Assembly (NCBI GenBank): GCA_000004985.1
Contig: GG738912.1
Strand: one strand, 5' to 3'
Length of the DNA: 64,000 nt
DNA from: Naegleria gruberi
Taxonomy: Eukaryota
The notes beneath the pieces were generated by a model. That model saw nothing but the letters and a program-made list of their open reading frames with translations, ran no database searches and was not told the origin of the DNA. This document shows, piece after piece, positions 54,446 to 64,000 of this stretch. Position 1 is the stretch's first letter. Every line of letters starts with the position of its first letter. The translations under genes and the position numbers were made by a program.

Positions 54446-54518
54446 GCCCGTCTAGCTCAGTCGGTAGAGCGCAAGGCTCTTAACCTTGTGGTCGTGGGTT
54501 CGACCCCCACGGTGGGCG
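54446..54518 (+). tRNA. tRNA-Lys (CUU)
   Basis: GCCCGTCTAGCTCAGTCGGTAGAGCGCAAGGCTCTTAACCTTGTGGTCGTGGGTTCGACCCCCACGGTGGGCG. Anticodon CTT is at 54479..54481, with A/B boxes. It is followed by ttttatttttg T-runs. Confidence 0.85.
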
Positions 54519-54775
54519 ATTTCCTTTTATTTTTGCATTGAATTTATGTTGATTTTGTTGTACCAATTTCTTGAAATCTCATCTTTATTTGATTGTCTGG
54601 TACATAAGTTACAAACAACCTCAAGAACTTATCTGTATCTTGTTGAAAACCATAAGAGAAAGGCTACTTATGTGTCACTTGCAAGAGAAGAAATAGAAAC
54701 TGTTACATGTTCTGAATATTCGACCTTCAGGATAGGCGATTTTCTTTTTCTTCCTCATATTTTATTAAGCATTCA

Positions 54776-55903
54776 CTATTCCTTCTTTTTCTTTGCCTTT
54801 GGTTGAGTAAATGCATTAGCTTTTCTCTTACCAGTGTATTCATTTGTCTTTTCAAGCTTATTTAACATTTGGTGTCTCAAAAATCTCACATTGCTTGGAT
54901 CAACATTGTGATGTGGCATTACAGTTCGTGTTGGTTGTTCTTCTTGATTGACCACTCGAATATCTTGTTCATTAATATTTTCAATAACTTCTTGTGGGTG
55001 AACATTTGGAGAAGTGTTTTCTATATTGTTGGATGGGGTATTTCTATGTCTTGTGTTTCGTCTAGATCCATTAACTCCATTTCGTATCCTAGGCCTGACT
55101 GCAATATTTTCTTGGTTGATAGTAGATCTATTAGCAGGTTGTTCAAGATTTTCATTTCTTCTATTCGAAACAACAGGTCTAATTTTTTCAAGATTCCCAT
55201 TTACAACATTATAATTCCTGACAATCCTATTATCACCTTCCAAGTTTTGATTCAATCTAAGTGGTAGTTCATTATTCACCACCACATTATTTCTTTCCAT
55301 CATTTCTCTATTTGGATCACCAGTTGACCTCATTAAACAATATCCAATAAATATGATTCCAATCAATTCAATTGCACTTCTATTAAAATAAAACATCCAA
55401 TACACAGCAAGAAATCCTGAAATAGCTCCAAACAAGTGTCCAATAAAATCTCCATAAAACATTGCTACTAAAATACTCAATTGGAAAGGATTAACTCCAA
55501 GCATTACATATAAAAATGCTTCATAACCATATACTACTCCACTAAATCCTATGGCATTGTGAGTTCGGTAAAATTGCTTTACACGTTGAAATTTGTTAAT
55601 AATTAGGGAATAGTATAAAAAGTCAACCATGTAATTAATCAAAATAATACAAATTGAAATGTGCGCAAATAAAAACAGAGTTGCAAATTGCTCAAATTCT
55701 TCAGATAATTGATTAAAACAATATAAATTTGATATTAAATGAATTAAATCTACATGGAGGAAAATATGTGAAACTGATCTATACCATTCTTTGTTTTCGA
55801 ATATTCTAACGAAATTATGTGACCACCTGTTATTATGTTCTTCTGTTCGGAAGAGGTGAGCCAGAGTCATCAGAGCAAATATAGAATTTACAAATGTCCT
55901 CAT
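54776..55903 (-). CDS. Second rhomboid-family protein with N/R-rich C-terminal tail
   Basis: TM2 H..N (SHIFLHVDLIHLISNL), GxSG in AIGFSGVVYGY and the TM6 His in IGHLFGAISGF. Start ATG 55903 (aaaaaaaaATG); the track start is upstream. Confidence 0.55.
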   Translation of the reverse strand: MRTFVNSIFALMTLAHLFRTEEHNNRWSHNFVRIFENKEWYRSVSHIFLHVDLIHLISNLYCFNQLSEEFEQFATLFLFAHISICIILINYMVDFLYYSLIINKFQRVKQFYRTHNAIGFSGVVYGYEAFLYVMLGVNPFQLSILVAMFYGDFIGHLFGAISGFLAVYWMFYFNRSAIELIGIIFIGYCLMRSTGDPNREMMERNNVVVNNELPLRLNQNLEGDNRIVRNYNVVNGNLEKIRPVVSNRRNENLEQPANRSTINQENIAVRPRIRNGVNGSRRNTRHRNTPSNNIENTSPNVHPQEVIENINEQDIRVVNQEEQPTRTVMPHHNVDPSNVRFLRHQMLNKLEKTNEYTGKRKANAFTQPKAKKKKE

Positions 55904-56207
55904 TTTTTTTATTACGTTTTTTAAGCATTCATGTTTACTGTATATAAGAATTCTGATAATGTGTGATTCACACAAAAAACCAATGGTAAAAAAATATTTG
56001 AAAACTTACTGTAAAGAATTTTGTTTGGGAATTTATAGACTCCGTTTGCAACGTATTTTAAAATGCGCATTTGCCGGAAGTCTATTTGTTATCATTTTAG
56101 AACATGACGGAACATCAATAGTTGTAACACAACTTCATTGTATCGTTGCTTGTGATTTTAATCAGAAAAAACTACCAATATTTCAGCTATCATCAATTAT
56201 CATCGCG

Positions 56208-57778
56208 ATGGAGGTAAAACAAGAAGGTTGGTATTTCGAAGGGTTATTTTCAAAATAATAATTAATGGATTGAATTGTTAATTAATAGAGAATGTTATAT
56301 TTTCGGATGATGTTTGTTTTGAAATTATTTGCATGATTGATGATTCGTGGTTTATTTTGAATAATTGTTCTTTAATTTCAAAACAATGGTTTAATGTGAT
56401 AAAGGAACGTTCAAAACTTGTTATTCAATTTACAAAACAATTAACAGAAAAAAGAATTGAATTGTTAATGAAAAGTCAATTCATGAATAGTATTGTAAAT
56501 GTTAAGTTTTCTTGTGGCTTGCTTAACTCTTCAGATAAACTTAAATTCATAAGTGAAATGAAACAATTAACATCACTTGATATACATTCCAATGAAATTG
56601 GTGTAGAAGGAGCCAAATTCATAAGTGAAATGAAACATTAACATCACTTGATATACATTACAATGAAATCGGTGTAGAAGGAGCCAAATACATAAGTGAA
56701 ATGAAATCAATTAACATCACTCGATATATATTCCAATGAAATTGGTGTAGAAGGAGCCAAATACATAAGTGAAATGAAACAATTAACATCACTTAATATT
56801 GGTTACAATGAAATTGGTGTAGAAGGATCCAAATTCATAAGTGAAATGAAACAATTAACATCACTCGATATATATTCCAATGAAATTGGTGTAGAAGGAG
56901 CCAAATACATAAGTGAAATGAAACAATTAACATCACTTGATATACATTACAATGAAATTGGTGTAGAAGGATCCAAATACATAAGTGAAATGAATCAATT
57001 AACATCACTTGATATACATTCCAATCAAATTGGTGTAGAAGGAGCCAAATACATAAGTGAAATGAAACAATTAACATCACTTGATATACATTACAATGAA
57101 ATTGGTGTAGAAGGATCCAAATACATAAGTGAAATGAATCAATTAACATCACTTGATATACATTCCAATCAAATTGGTGTAGAAGGAGCCAAATTCATAA
57201 GTGAAATGAAATCATTAACATCACTTGATATACATTACAATGAAATTGGTGTAGAAGGATCCAAATACATAAGTGAAATGAAATCATTAACATCACTTGA
57301 TATATATTCCAATGAAATTGGTGTAGAAGGAGCCAAATACATAAGTGAAATGAATCAATTAACATCACTTGATATGCTTCCAATTAAATTGGTGCAGAAG
57401 GAACCAAATTCATAAGTGAAATGAAACAATTAACATCACTCGATATATATTCCAATGAAATTGGTGTAGAAGGAGCCAAATACATAAGTGAAATGAAATC
57501 ATTAACATCACTTGATATACATTACAATGAAATCGGTGTAGAAGGATCCAAATACATAAGTGAAATGAAATCATTAACATCACTTGATATATATTCCAAT
57601 GAAATTGGTGTAGAAGGAGCCAAATACATAAGTGAAATGAAACAATTAACATCACTTGATATTGGTCACAATGAAATCGGTGTAGAAGGAGCCAAATTCA
57701 TAAGTGGAATGAAACAATTAACATCACTCGATATATATTCCAATGAAATTGGTGTAGAAGGAGCCAAATACATAAGTG
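56208..57778 (+). CDS. F-box-like / RI-type LRR protein, inverted paralogue of 37760..39327; partial (runs into assembly gap) with internal frame breaks
   Basis: Micro-exon ATGGAGGTAAAACAAGAAG (56208..56226) is followed by a 62-nt intron (56227..56288, donor GTTGGT). Exon 2 encodes ENVIFSDDVCFEIICMIDDSW..., with the same N-terminal sequence as the other locus. The 72-bp LRR repeats run from about 56560. A 1-nt loss near 56636 creates a stop, and the frame resumes at 56774 and 57421. Confidence 0.5.
56560..57778. repeat. Tandem array of near-identical 72-bp LRR-coding repeats abutting the gap
   Basis: About 17 units of ttaacatcac ttgatata(c/t)attccaatgaaattggtgtagaagga(g/t)ccaaa(t/a)tacataagtgaaatgaa(a/t)caa. 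Confidence 0.8.
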
Positions 57779-60700
57779 NNNNNNNNNNNNNNNNNNNNNN
57801 NNNNNNNNNNNNNNNNNNNNNNNNNNNNNNNNNNNNNNNNNNNNNNNNNNNNNNNNNNNNNNNNNNNNNNNNNNNNNNNNNNNNNNNNNNNNNNNNNNNN
57901 NNNNNNNNNNNNNNNNNNNNNNNNNNNNNNNNNNNNNNNNNNNNNNNNNNNNNNNNNNNNNNNNNNNNNNNNNNNNNNNNNNNNNNNNNNNNNNNNNNNN
58001 NNNNNNNNNNNNNNNNNNNNNNNNNNNNNNNNNNNNNNNNNNNNNNNNNNNNNNNNNNNNNNNNNNNNNNNNNNNNNNNNNNNNNNNNNNNNNNNNNNNN
58101 NNNNNNNNNNNNNNNNNNNNNNNNNNNNNNNNNNNNNNNNNNNNNNNNNNNNNNNNNNNNNNNNNNNNNNNNNNNNNNNNNNNNNNNNNNNNNNNNNNNN
58201 NNNNNNNNNNNNNNNNNNNNNNNNNNNNNNNNNNNNNNNNNNNNNNNNNNNNNNNNNNNNNNNNNNNNNNNNNNNNNNNNNNNNNNNNNNNNNNNNNNNN
58301 NNNNNNNNNNNNNNNNNNNNNNNNNNNNNNNNNNNNNNNNNNNNNNNNNNNNNNNNNNNNNNNNNNNNNNNNNNNNNNNNNNNNNNNNNNNNNNNNNNNN
58401 NNNNNNNNNNNNNNNNNNNNNNNNNNNNNNNNNNNNNNNNNNNNNNNNNNNNNNNNNNNNNNNNNNNNNNNNNNNNNNNNNNNNNNNNNNNNNNNNNNNN
58501 NNNNNNNNNNNNNNNNNNNNNNNNNNNNNNNNNNNNNNNNNNNNNNNNNNNNNNNNNNNNNNNNNNNNNNNNNNNNNNNNNNNNNNNNNNNNNNNNNNNN
58601 NNNNNNNNNNNNNNNNNNNNNNNNNNNNNNNNNNNNNNNNNNNNNNNNNNNNNNNNNNNNNNNNNNNNNNNNNNNNNNNNNNNNNNNNNNNNNNNNNNNN
58701 NNNNNNNNNNNNNNNNNNNNNNNNNNNNNNNNNNNNNNNNNNNNNNNNNNNNNNNNNNNNNNNNNNNNNNNNNNNNNNNNNNNNNNNNNNNNNNNNNNNN
58801 NNNNNNNNNNNNNNNNNNNNNNNNNNNNNNNNNNNNNNNNNNNNNNNNNNNNNNNNNNNNNNNNNNNNNNNNNNNNNNNNNNNNNNNNNNNNNNNNNNNN
58901 NNNNNNNNNNNNNNNNNNNNNNNNNNNNNNNNNNNNNNNNNNNNNNNNNNNNNNNNNNNNNNNNNNNNNNNNNNNNNNNNNNNNNNNNNNNNNNNNNNNN
59001 NNNNNNNNNNNNNNNNNNNNNNNNNNNNNNNNNNNNNNNNNNNNNNNNNNNNNNNNNNNNNNNNNNNNNNNNNNNNNNNNNNNNNNNNNNNNNNNNNNNN
59101 NNNNNNNNNNNNNNNNNNNNNNNNNNNNNNNNNNNNNNNNNNNNNNNNNNNNNNNNNNNNNNNNNNNNNNNNNNNNNNNNNNNNNNNNNNNNNNNNNNNN
59201 NNNNNNNNNNNNNNNNNNNNNNNNNNNNNNNNNNNNNNNNNNNNNNNNNNNNNNNNNNNNNNNNNNNNNNNNNNNNNNNNNNNNNNNNNNNNNNNNNNNN
59301 NNNNNNNNNNNNNNNNNNNNNNNNNNNNNNNNNNNNNNNNNNNNNNNNNNNNNNNNNNNNNNNNNNNNNNNNNNNNNNNNNNNNNNNNNNNNNNNNNNNN
59401 NNNNNNNNNNNNNNNNNNNNNNNNNNNNNNNNNNNNNNNNNNNNNNNNNNNNNNNNNNNNNNNNNNNNNNNNNNNNNNNNNNNNNNNNNNNNNNNNNNNN
59501 NNNNNNNNNNNNNNNNNNNNNNNNNNNNNNNNNNNNNNNNNNNNNNNNNNNNNNNNNNNNNNNNNNNNNNNNNNNNNNNNNNNNNNNNNNNNNNNNNNNN
59601 NNNNNNNNNNNNNNNNNNNNNNNNNNNNNNNNNNNNNNNNNNNNNNNNNNNNNNNNNNNNNNNNNNNNNNNNNNNNNNNNNNNNNNNNNNNNNNNNNNNN
59701 NNNNNNNNNNNNNNNNNNNNNNNNNNNNNNNNNNNNNNNNNNNNNNNNNNNNNNNNNNNNNNNNNNNNNNNNNNNNNNNNNNNNNNNNNNNNNNNNNNNN
59801 NNNNNNNNNNNNNNNNNNNNNNNNNNNNNNNNNNNNNNNNNNNNNNNNNNNNNNNNNNNNNNNNNNNNNNNNNNNNNNNNNNNNNNNNNNNNNNNNNNNN
59901 NNNNNNNNNNNNNNNNNNNNNNNNNNNNNNNNNNNNNNNNNNNNNNNNNNNNNNNNNNNNNNNNNNNNNNNNNNNNNNNNNNNNNNNNNNNNNNNNNNNN
60001 NNNNNNNNNNNNNNNNNNNNNNNNNNNNNNNNNNNNNNNNNNNNNNNNNNNNNNNNNNNNNNNNNNNNNNNNNNNNNNNNNNNNNNNNNNNNNNNNNNNN
60101 NNNNNNNNNNNNNNNNNNNNNNNNNNNNNNNNNNNNNNNNNNNNNNNNNNNNNNNNNNNNNNNNNNNNNNNNNNNNNNNNNNNNNNNNNNNNNNNNNNNN
60201 NNNNNNNNNNNNNNNNNNNNNNNNNNNNNNNNNNNNNNNNNNNNNNNNNNNNNNNNNNNNNNNNNNNNNNNNNNNNNNNNNNNNNNNNNNNNNNNNNNNN
60301 NNNNNNNNNNNNNNNNNNNNNNNNNNNNNNNNNNNNNNNNNNNNNNNNNNNNNNNNNNNNNNNNNNNNNNNNNNNNNNNNNNNNNNNNNNNNNNNNNNNN
60401 NNNNNNNNNNNNNNNNNNNNNNNNNNNNNNNNNNNNNNNNNNNNNNNNNNNNNNNNNNNNNNNNNNNNNNNNNNNNNNNNNNNNNNNNNNNNNNNNNNNN
60501 NNNNNNNNNNNNNNNNNNNNNNNNNNNNNNNNNNNNNNNNNNNNNNNNNNNNNNNNNNNNNNNNNNNNNNNNNNNNNNNNNNNNNNNNNNNNNNNNNNNN
60601 NNNNNNNNNNNNNNNNNNNNNNNNNNNNNNNNNNNNNNNNNNNNNNNNNNNNNNNNNNNNNNNNNNNNNNNNNNNNNNNNNNNNNNNNNNNNNNNNNNNN

Positions 60701-62307
60701 NNNNNNNNNNNNNNNNNNNNNNNNNNNNNNNNNNNNNNNNNNNNNNNNNNNNNNNNNNNNNNNNNNNNNNNNNNNNNNNNNNNNNNNNNNNNNNNNNNNN
60801 NNNNNNNNNNNNNNNNNNNNNNNNNNNNNNNNNNNNNNNNNNNNNNNNNNNNNNNNNNNNNNNNNNNNNNNNNNNNNNNNNNNNNNNNNNNNNNNNNNNN
60901 NNNNNNNNNNNNNNNNNNNNNNNNNNNNNNNNNNNNNNNNNNNNNNNNNNNNNNNNNNNNNNNNNNNNNNNNNNNNNNNNNNNNNNNNNNNNNNNNNNNN
61001 NNNNNNNNNNNNNNNNNNNNNNNNNNNNNNNNNNNNNNNNNNNNNNNNNNNNNNNNNNNNNNNNNNNNNNNNNNNNNNNNNNNNNNNNNNNNNNNNNNNN
61101 NNNNNNNNNNNNNNNNNNNNNNNNNNNNNNNNNNNNNNNNNNNNNNNNNNNNNNNNNNNNNNNNNNNNNNNNNNNNNNNNNNNNNNNNNNNNNNNNNNNN
61201 NNNNNNNNNNNNNNNNNNNNNNNNNNNNNNNNNNNNNNNNNNNNNNNNNNNNNNNNNNNNNNNNNNNNNNNNNNNNNNNNNNNNNNNNNNNNNNNNNNNN
61301 NNNNNNNNNNNNNNNNNNNNNNNNNNNNNNNNNNNNNNNNNNNNNNNNNNNNNNNNNNNNNNNNNNNNNNNNNNNNNNNNNNNNNNNNNNNNNNNNNNNN
61401 NNNNNNNNNNNNNNNNNNNNNNNNNNNNNNNNNNNNNNNNNNNNNNNNNNNNNNNNNNNNNNNNNNNNNNNNNNNNNNNNNNNNNNNNNNNNNNNNNNNN
61501 NNNNNNNNNNNNNNNNNNNNNNNNNNNNNNNNNNNNNNNNNNNNNNNNNNNNNNNNNNNNNNNNNNNNNNNNNNNNNNNNNNNNNNNNNNNNNNNNNNNN
61601 NNNNNNNNNNNNNNNNNNNNNNNNNNNNNNNNNNNNNNNNNNNNNNNNNNNNNNNNNNNNNNNNNNNNNNNNNNNNNNNNNNNNNNNNNNNNNNNNNNNN
61701 NNNNNNNNNNNNNNNNNNNNNNNNNNNNNNNNNNNNNNNNNNNNNNNNNNNNNNNNNNNNNNNNNNNNNNNNNNNNNNNNNNNNNNNNNNNNNNNNNNNN
61801 NNNNNNNNNNNNNNNNNNNNNNNNNNNNNNNNNNNNNNNNNNNNNNNNNNNNNNNNNNNNNNNNNNNNNNNNNNNNNNNNNNNNNNNNNNNNNNNNNNNN
61901 NNNNNNNNNNNNNNNNNNNNNNNNNNNNNNNNNNNNNNNNNNNNNNNNNNNNNNNNNNNNNNNNNNNNNNNNNNNNNNNNNNNNNNNNNNNNNNNNNNNN
62001 NNNNNNNNNNNNNNNNNNNNNNNNNNNNNNNNNNNNNNNNNNNNNNNNNNNNNNNNNNNNNNNNNNNNNNNNNNNNNNNNNNNNNNNNNNNNNNNNNNNN
62101 NNNNNNNNNNNNNNNNNNNNNNNNNNNNNNNNNNNNNNNNNNNNNNNNNNNNNNNNNNNNNNNNNNNNNNNNNNNNNNNNNNNNNNNNNNNNNNNNNNNN
62201 NNNNNNNNNNNNNNNNNNNNNNNNNNNNNNNNNNNNNNNNNNNNNNNNNNNNNNNNNNNNNNNNNNNNNNNNNNNNNNNNNNNNNNNNNNNNNNNNNNNN
62301 NNNNNNN
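57779..62307. other. Assembly gap (4,529 N)
   Basis: Continuous n run. Track ORFs containing X strings are artefacts of it. Confidence 0.95.
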
Positions 62308-63633
62308 ACAACACCCATTCCAGCAGCACCTGAACCAACAATTAAAATCTTTTGTTTTGTTATATCTGAAAATGATTGACCAGTAGCTCTTAAACAATTT
62401 AAAACACCTGATAGAATAACACTTGCAGTTCCTTGAATATCATCATTGAAACATAAAATTCTATCACGATATTTTTGTAAGAGTGCATCTGCTTTATCAC
62501 TTGAAAAATCTTCCCATTGAATTAATACATTTGGCCATCTTGAAACTATGGCATCTACCCATTCCTCAACAAGTTCATAATATTCAGGTCCTGTTAATCT
62601 CTTTTGTCTTAATCCTAAATATAATGGATCATTAAATAACTTTTCATTATTTGTACCAACATCCTATATTTTCATATATATTTGATTTCATATTATATTT
62701 GATTTCATATATATTATATTTGATTCATATATTTATCATATATATTTGATTCATATATTAATAGATTCATTAAGGTTAAATAATAAGAATATTAAATATT
62801 TTCATGTATATAAATCATTAAACATACCAATAAAACAGGTAAAACTCTACCTGGATTAATACCACCTGCAGCAACGTATAAAGATAATTTACCAATTGGA
62901 ATACCATCACCATTAGCACCCAAATCACCTAAACCTAAAATTCTACCACCATCAGTTACAACTATAACATCAACTTCTTCAACTGGCCAATTATAAACCA
63001 TTGATTTCATTTCACCTTTATCTAAAGCTGAAAAGAACATTCCTCTTGGTTTACGGAAAATATGTGAAAAGTTTTCACAAGCCTTTCCAACAGTTGGTGT
63101 ATAAATAATTGGAGCTAATTCCTTAATATTATTTACAATAAAATAGTAAAATAAAGTCTCATTACGATCATGTAATTGTGTACAAAATTGATACTTTTCA
63201 ATATCTGTTTGAATGGTACTAAATCTTTCTTTTAATCTCATTAATTGAGTATCTATATTTGAAACTGTTGGTGGAATTAACCCTCTAATACCTAATCTAT
63301 CACGTTCTGTTTTACTAAATGATGTTCCCTTATTTAATAATCCATTATTCATTACATCAATACCACTCTTAATTGATAAAAATAATATATACAATAATAA
63401 TATGATTGTATGATGATGAATAGTAAGATACATTATGATGATTGTAAGATGAATATTTTTAGAGAGAATATTAAACATACTTCATTAGTAAATATAACAT
63501 CTTTAGAAAATGAATGATGAGATTGATAATCGGAATAAGAACAATGTTGAGTATTATTAATACAATTTCTAAGGGGGTTGGATGATGAATAACCCTTCTT
63601 AATTTTCTTAATATTTGAACCAATCTTTTGCAT
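62308..63633 (-). CDS. NAD(P)-dependent malic enzyme, 5' part (3 exons seen; 3' end lost in gap)
   Basis: Exon 1 (63633..63481) is MQKIGSNIKK...VIFTNE followed by GTATGT. Exon 2 (63367..62828) has ERDRLGIRGLIPP...DRNETLFYY...YTPTVG...VVTDGGRILGLGDLGANGDGIPIGKLSLYVAAGGINP...VLPVLL. A 173-nt intron lies at 62655..62827. Exon 3 (62654..) has DVGTNNEKL...LIQWEDFSS...CFNDDIQGTASV...GSGAAGMG. Confidence 0.75.
62660..62770. repeat. Imperfect AT-rich tandem repeat (TCATAT(AT)nATTTGATT, about 16-22 nt units) inside a malic-enzyme intron
   Basis: tcatatatatttgatt / tcatattatatttgatt / tcatatatattatatttgatt / catatatttatcatatatatttgatt. Confidence 0.6.
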
Positions 63634-64000
63634 TTTTCTTTTTAATAAAAACAACAATCAAGTTTCAAAATAGAAATATGTAGTTTAGCAAAGTTTCATC
63701 AATAATCATGATCATAAGCAAATAATAATTCCGAATCACCACCCACACAAAAACAGTAAATATTCAATAAATAAACATGATAATGCACACTTACTCTTTT
63801 TTTTGTGTTGTTGATCTCCACTTGCATGATGGTGGTGAAGGCTTGGACATTTTTGAAACTCTTTTAAGGGAGAAAAATAGCGGACAAAATAGACGGGAAC
63901 ATTTATGGAAATTATTAGAGAAATGTTTCATCTAGCATCATACAAAGGCCTTGATGAAGGCTATTTGTGATACTTGTAATAGAGAAATATTAAATGTGGA

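Noticed and set aside
57421-62397. Very long ORFs (1536-1652 aa) on both strands consisting mostly of X
   Set aside because: They are translations across the 4,529-nt N run, artefacts of the gap rather than genes.
1-64000. Prokaryote-style features (operons, RBS, CRISPR arrays, phage or integron structures)
   Set aside because: Spliceosomal introns, eukaryotic tRNA genes with Pol III terminators, A-rich Kozak-like starts and eukaryotic domain architectures throughout. No direct-repeat/spacer arrays were seen other than the coding LRR repeats.

Overview
The window reads as a compact, AT-rich eukaryotic nuclear segment using the standard genetic code. Genes are densely packed on both strands, and start codons sit in A-rich contexts (aaaaaATG). 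Introns are short (about 40-170 nt, GTAAGT/GTATGT...AG) and several are visible as frame breaks between adjacent ORFs. There are poly-Q/N/S tracts and two Pol III tRNA genes followed by T-runs. By composition and gene content I infer a dictyostelid-like amoebozoan, but I cannot confirm that. The supplied ORF track evidently also accepts TTG/GTG starts, so several listed 'M' starts are really internal.

I can support about 35 protein-coding genes. They include a eukaryotic RdRP fused to Sel1 repeats, three adjacent genes that share PBZ-type zinc fingers (an EEP nuclease, a UBA/Q-rich protein and a class II nucleotidyltransferase), and two bacterial-type genes in tandem (a secreted C39-like peptidase and BioY). 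There are also a hemerythrin, two rhomboids (one fused to MORN repeats), a mitochondrial-type P450, CHO2-type PE N-methyltransferase, PAQR, ribosomal protein eL6, and a malic enzyme with its 3' end lost in the gap. Other genes are a CH-CH/coiled-coil/tail-anchored protein, RGS, BTB, TLC and Hsp70-like proteins, and a family of F-box/RI-type LRR genes built from near-identical 72-bp tandem coding repeats. One LRR locus is duplicated in inverted orientation about 17 kb away and runs into a 4.5-kb run of N. There are no CRISPR, prophage or operon-type structures.

The most interesting candidate is the head of the window. An RdRP-Sel1 gene sits next to a zinc-finger-tagged nucleotidyltransferase and a CCR4-like nuclease, which may form an RNA-silencing-type tailing/trimming/RdRP module with unusual domain architectures.
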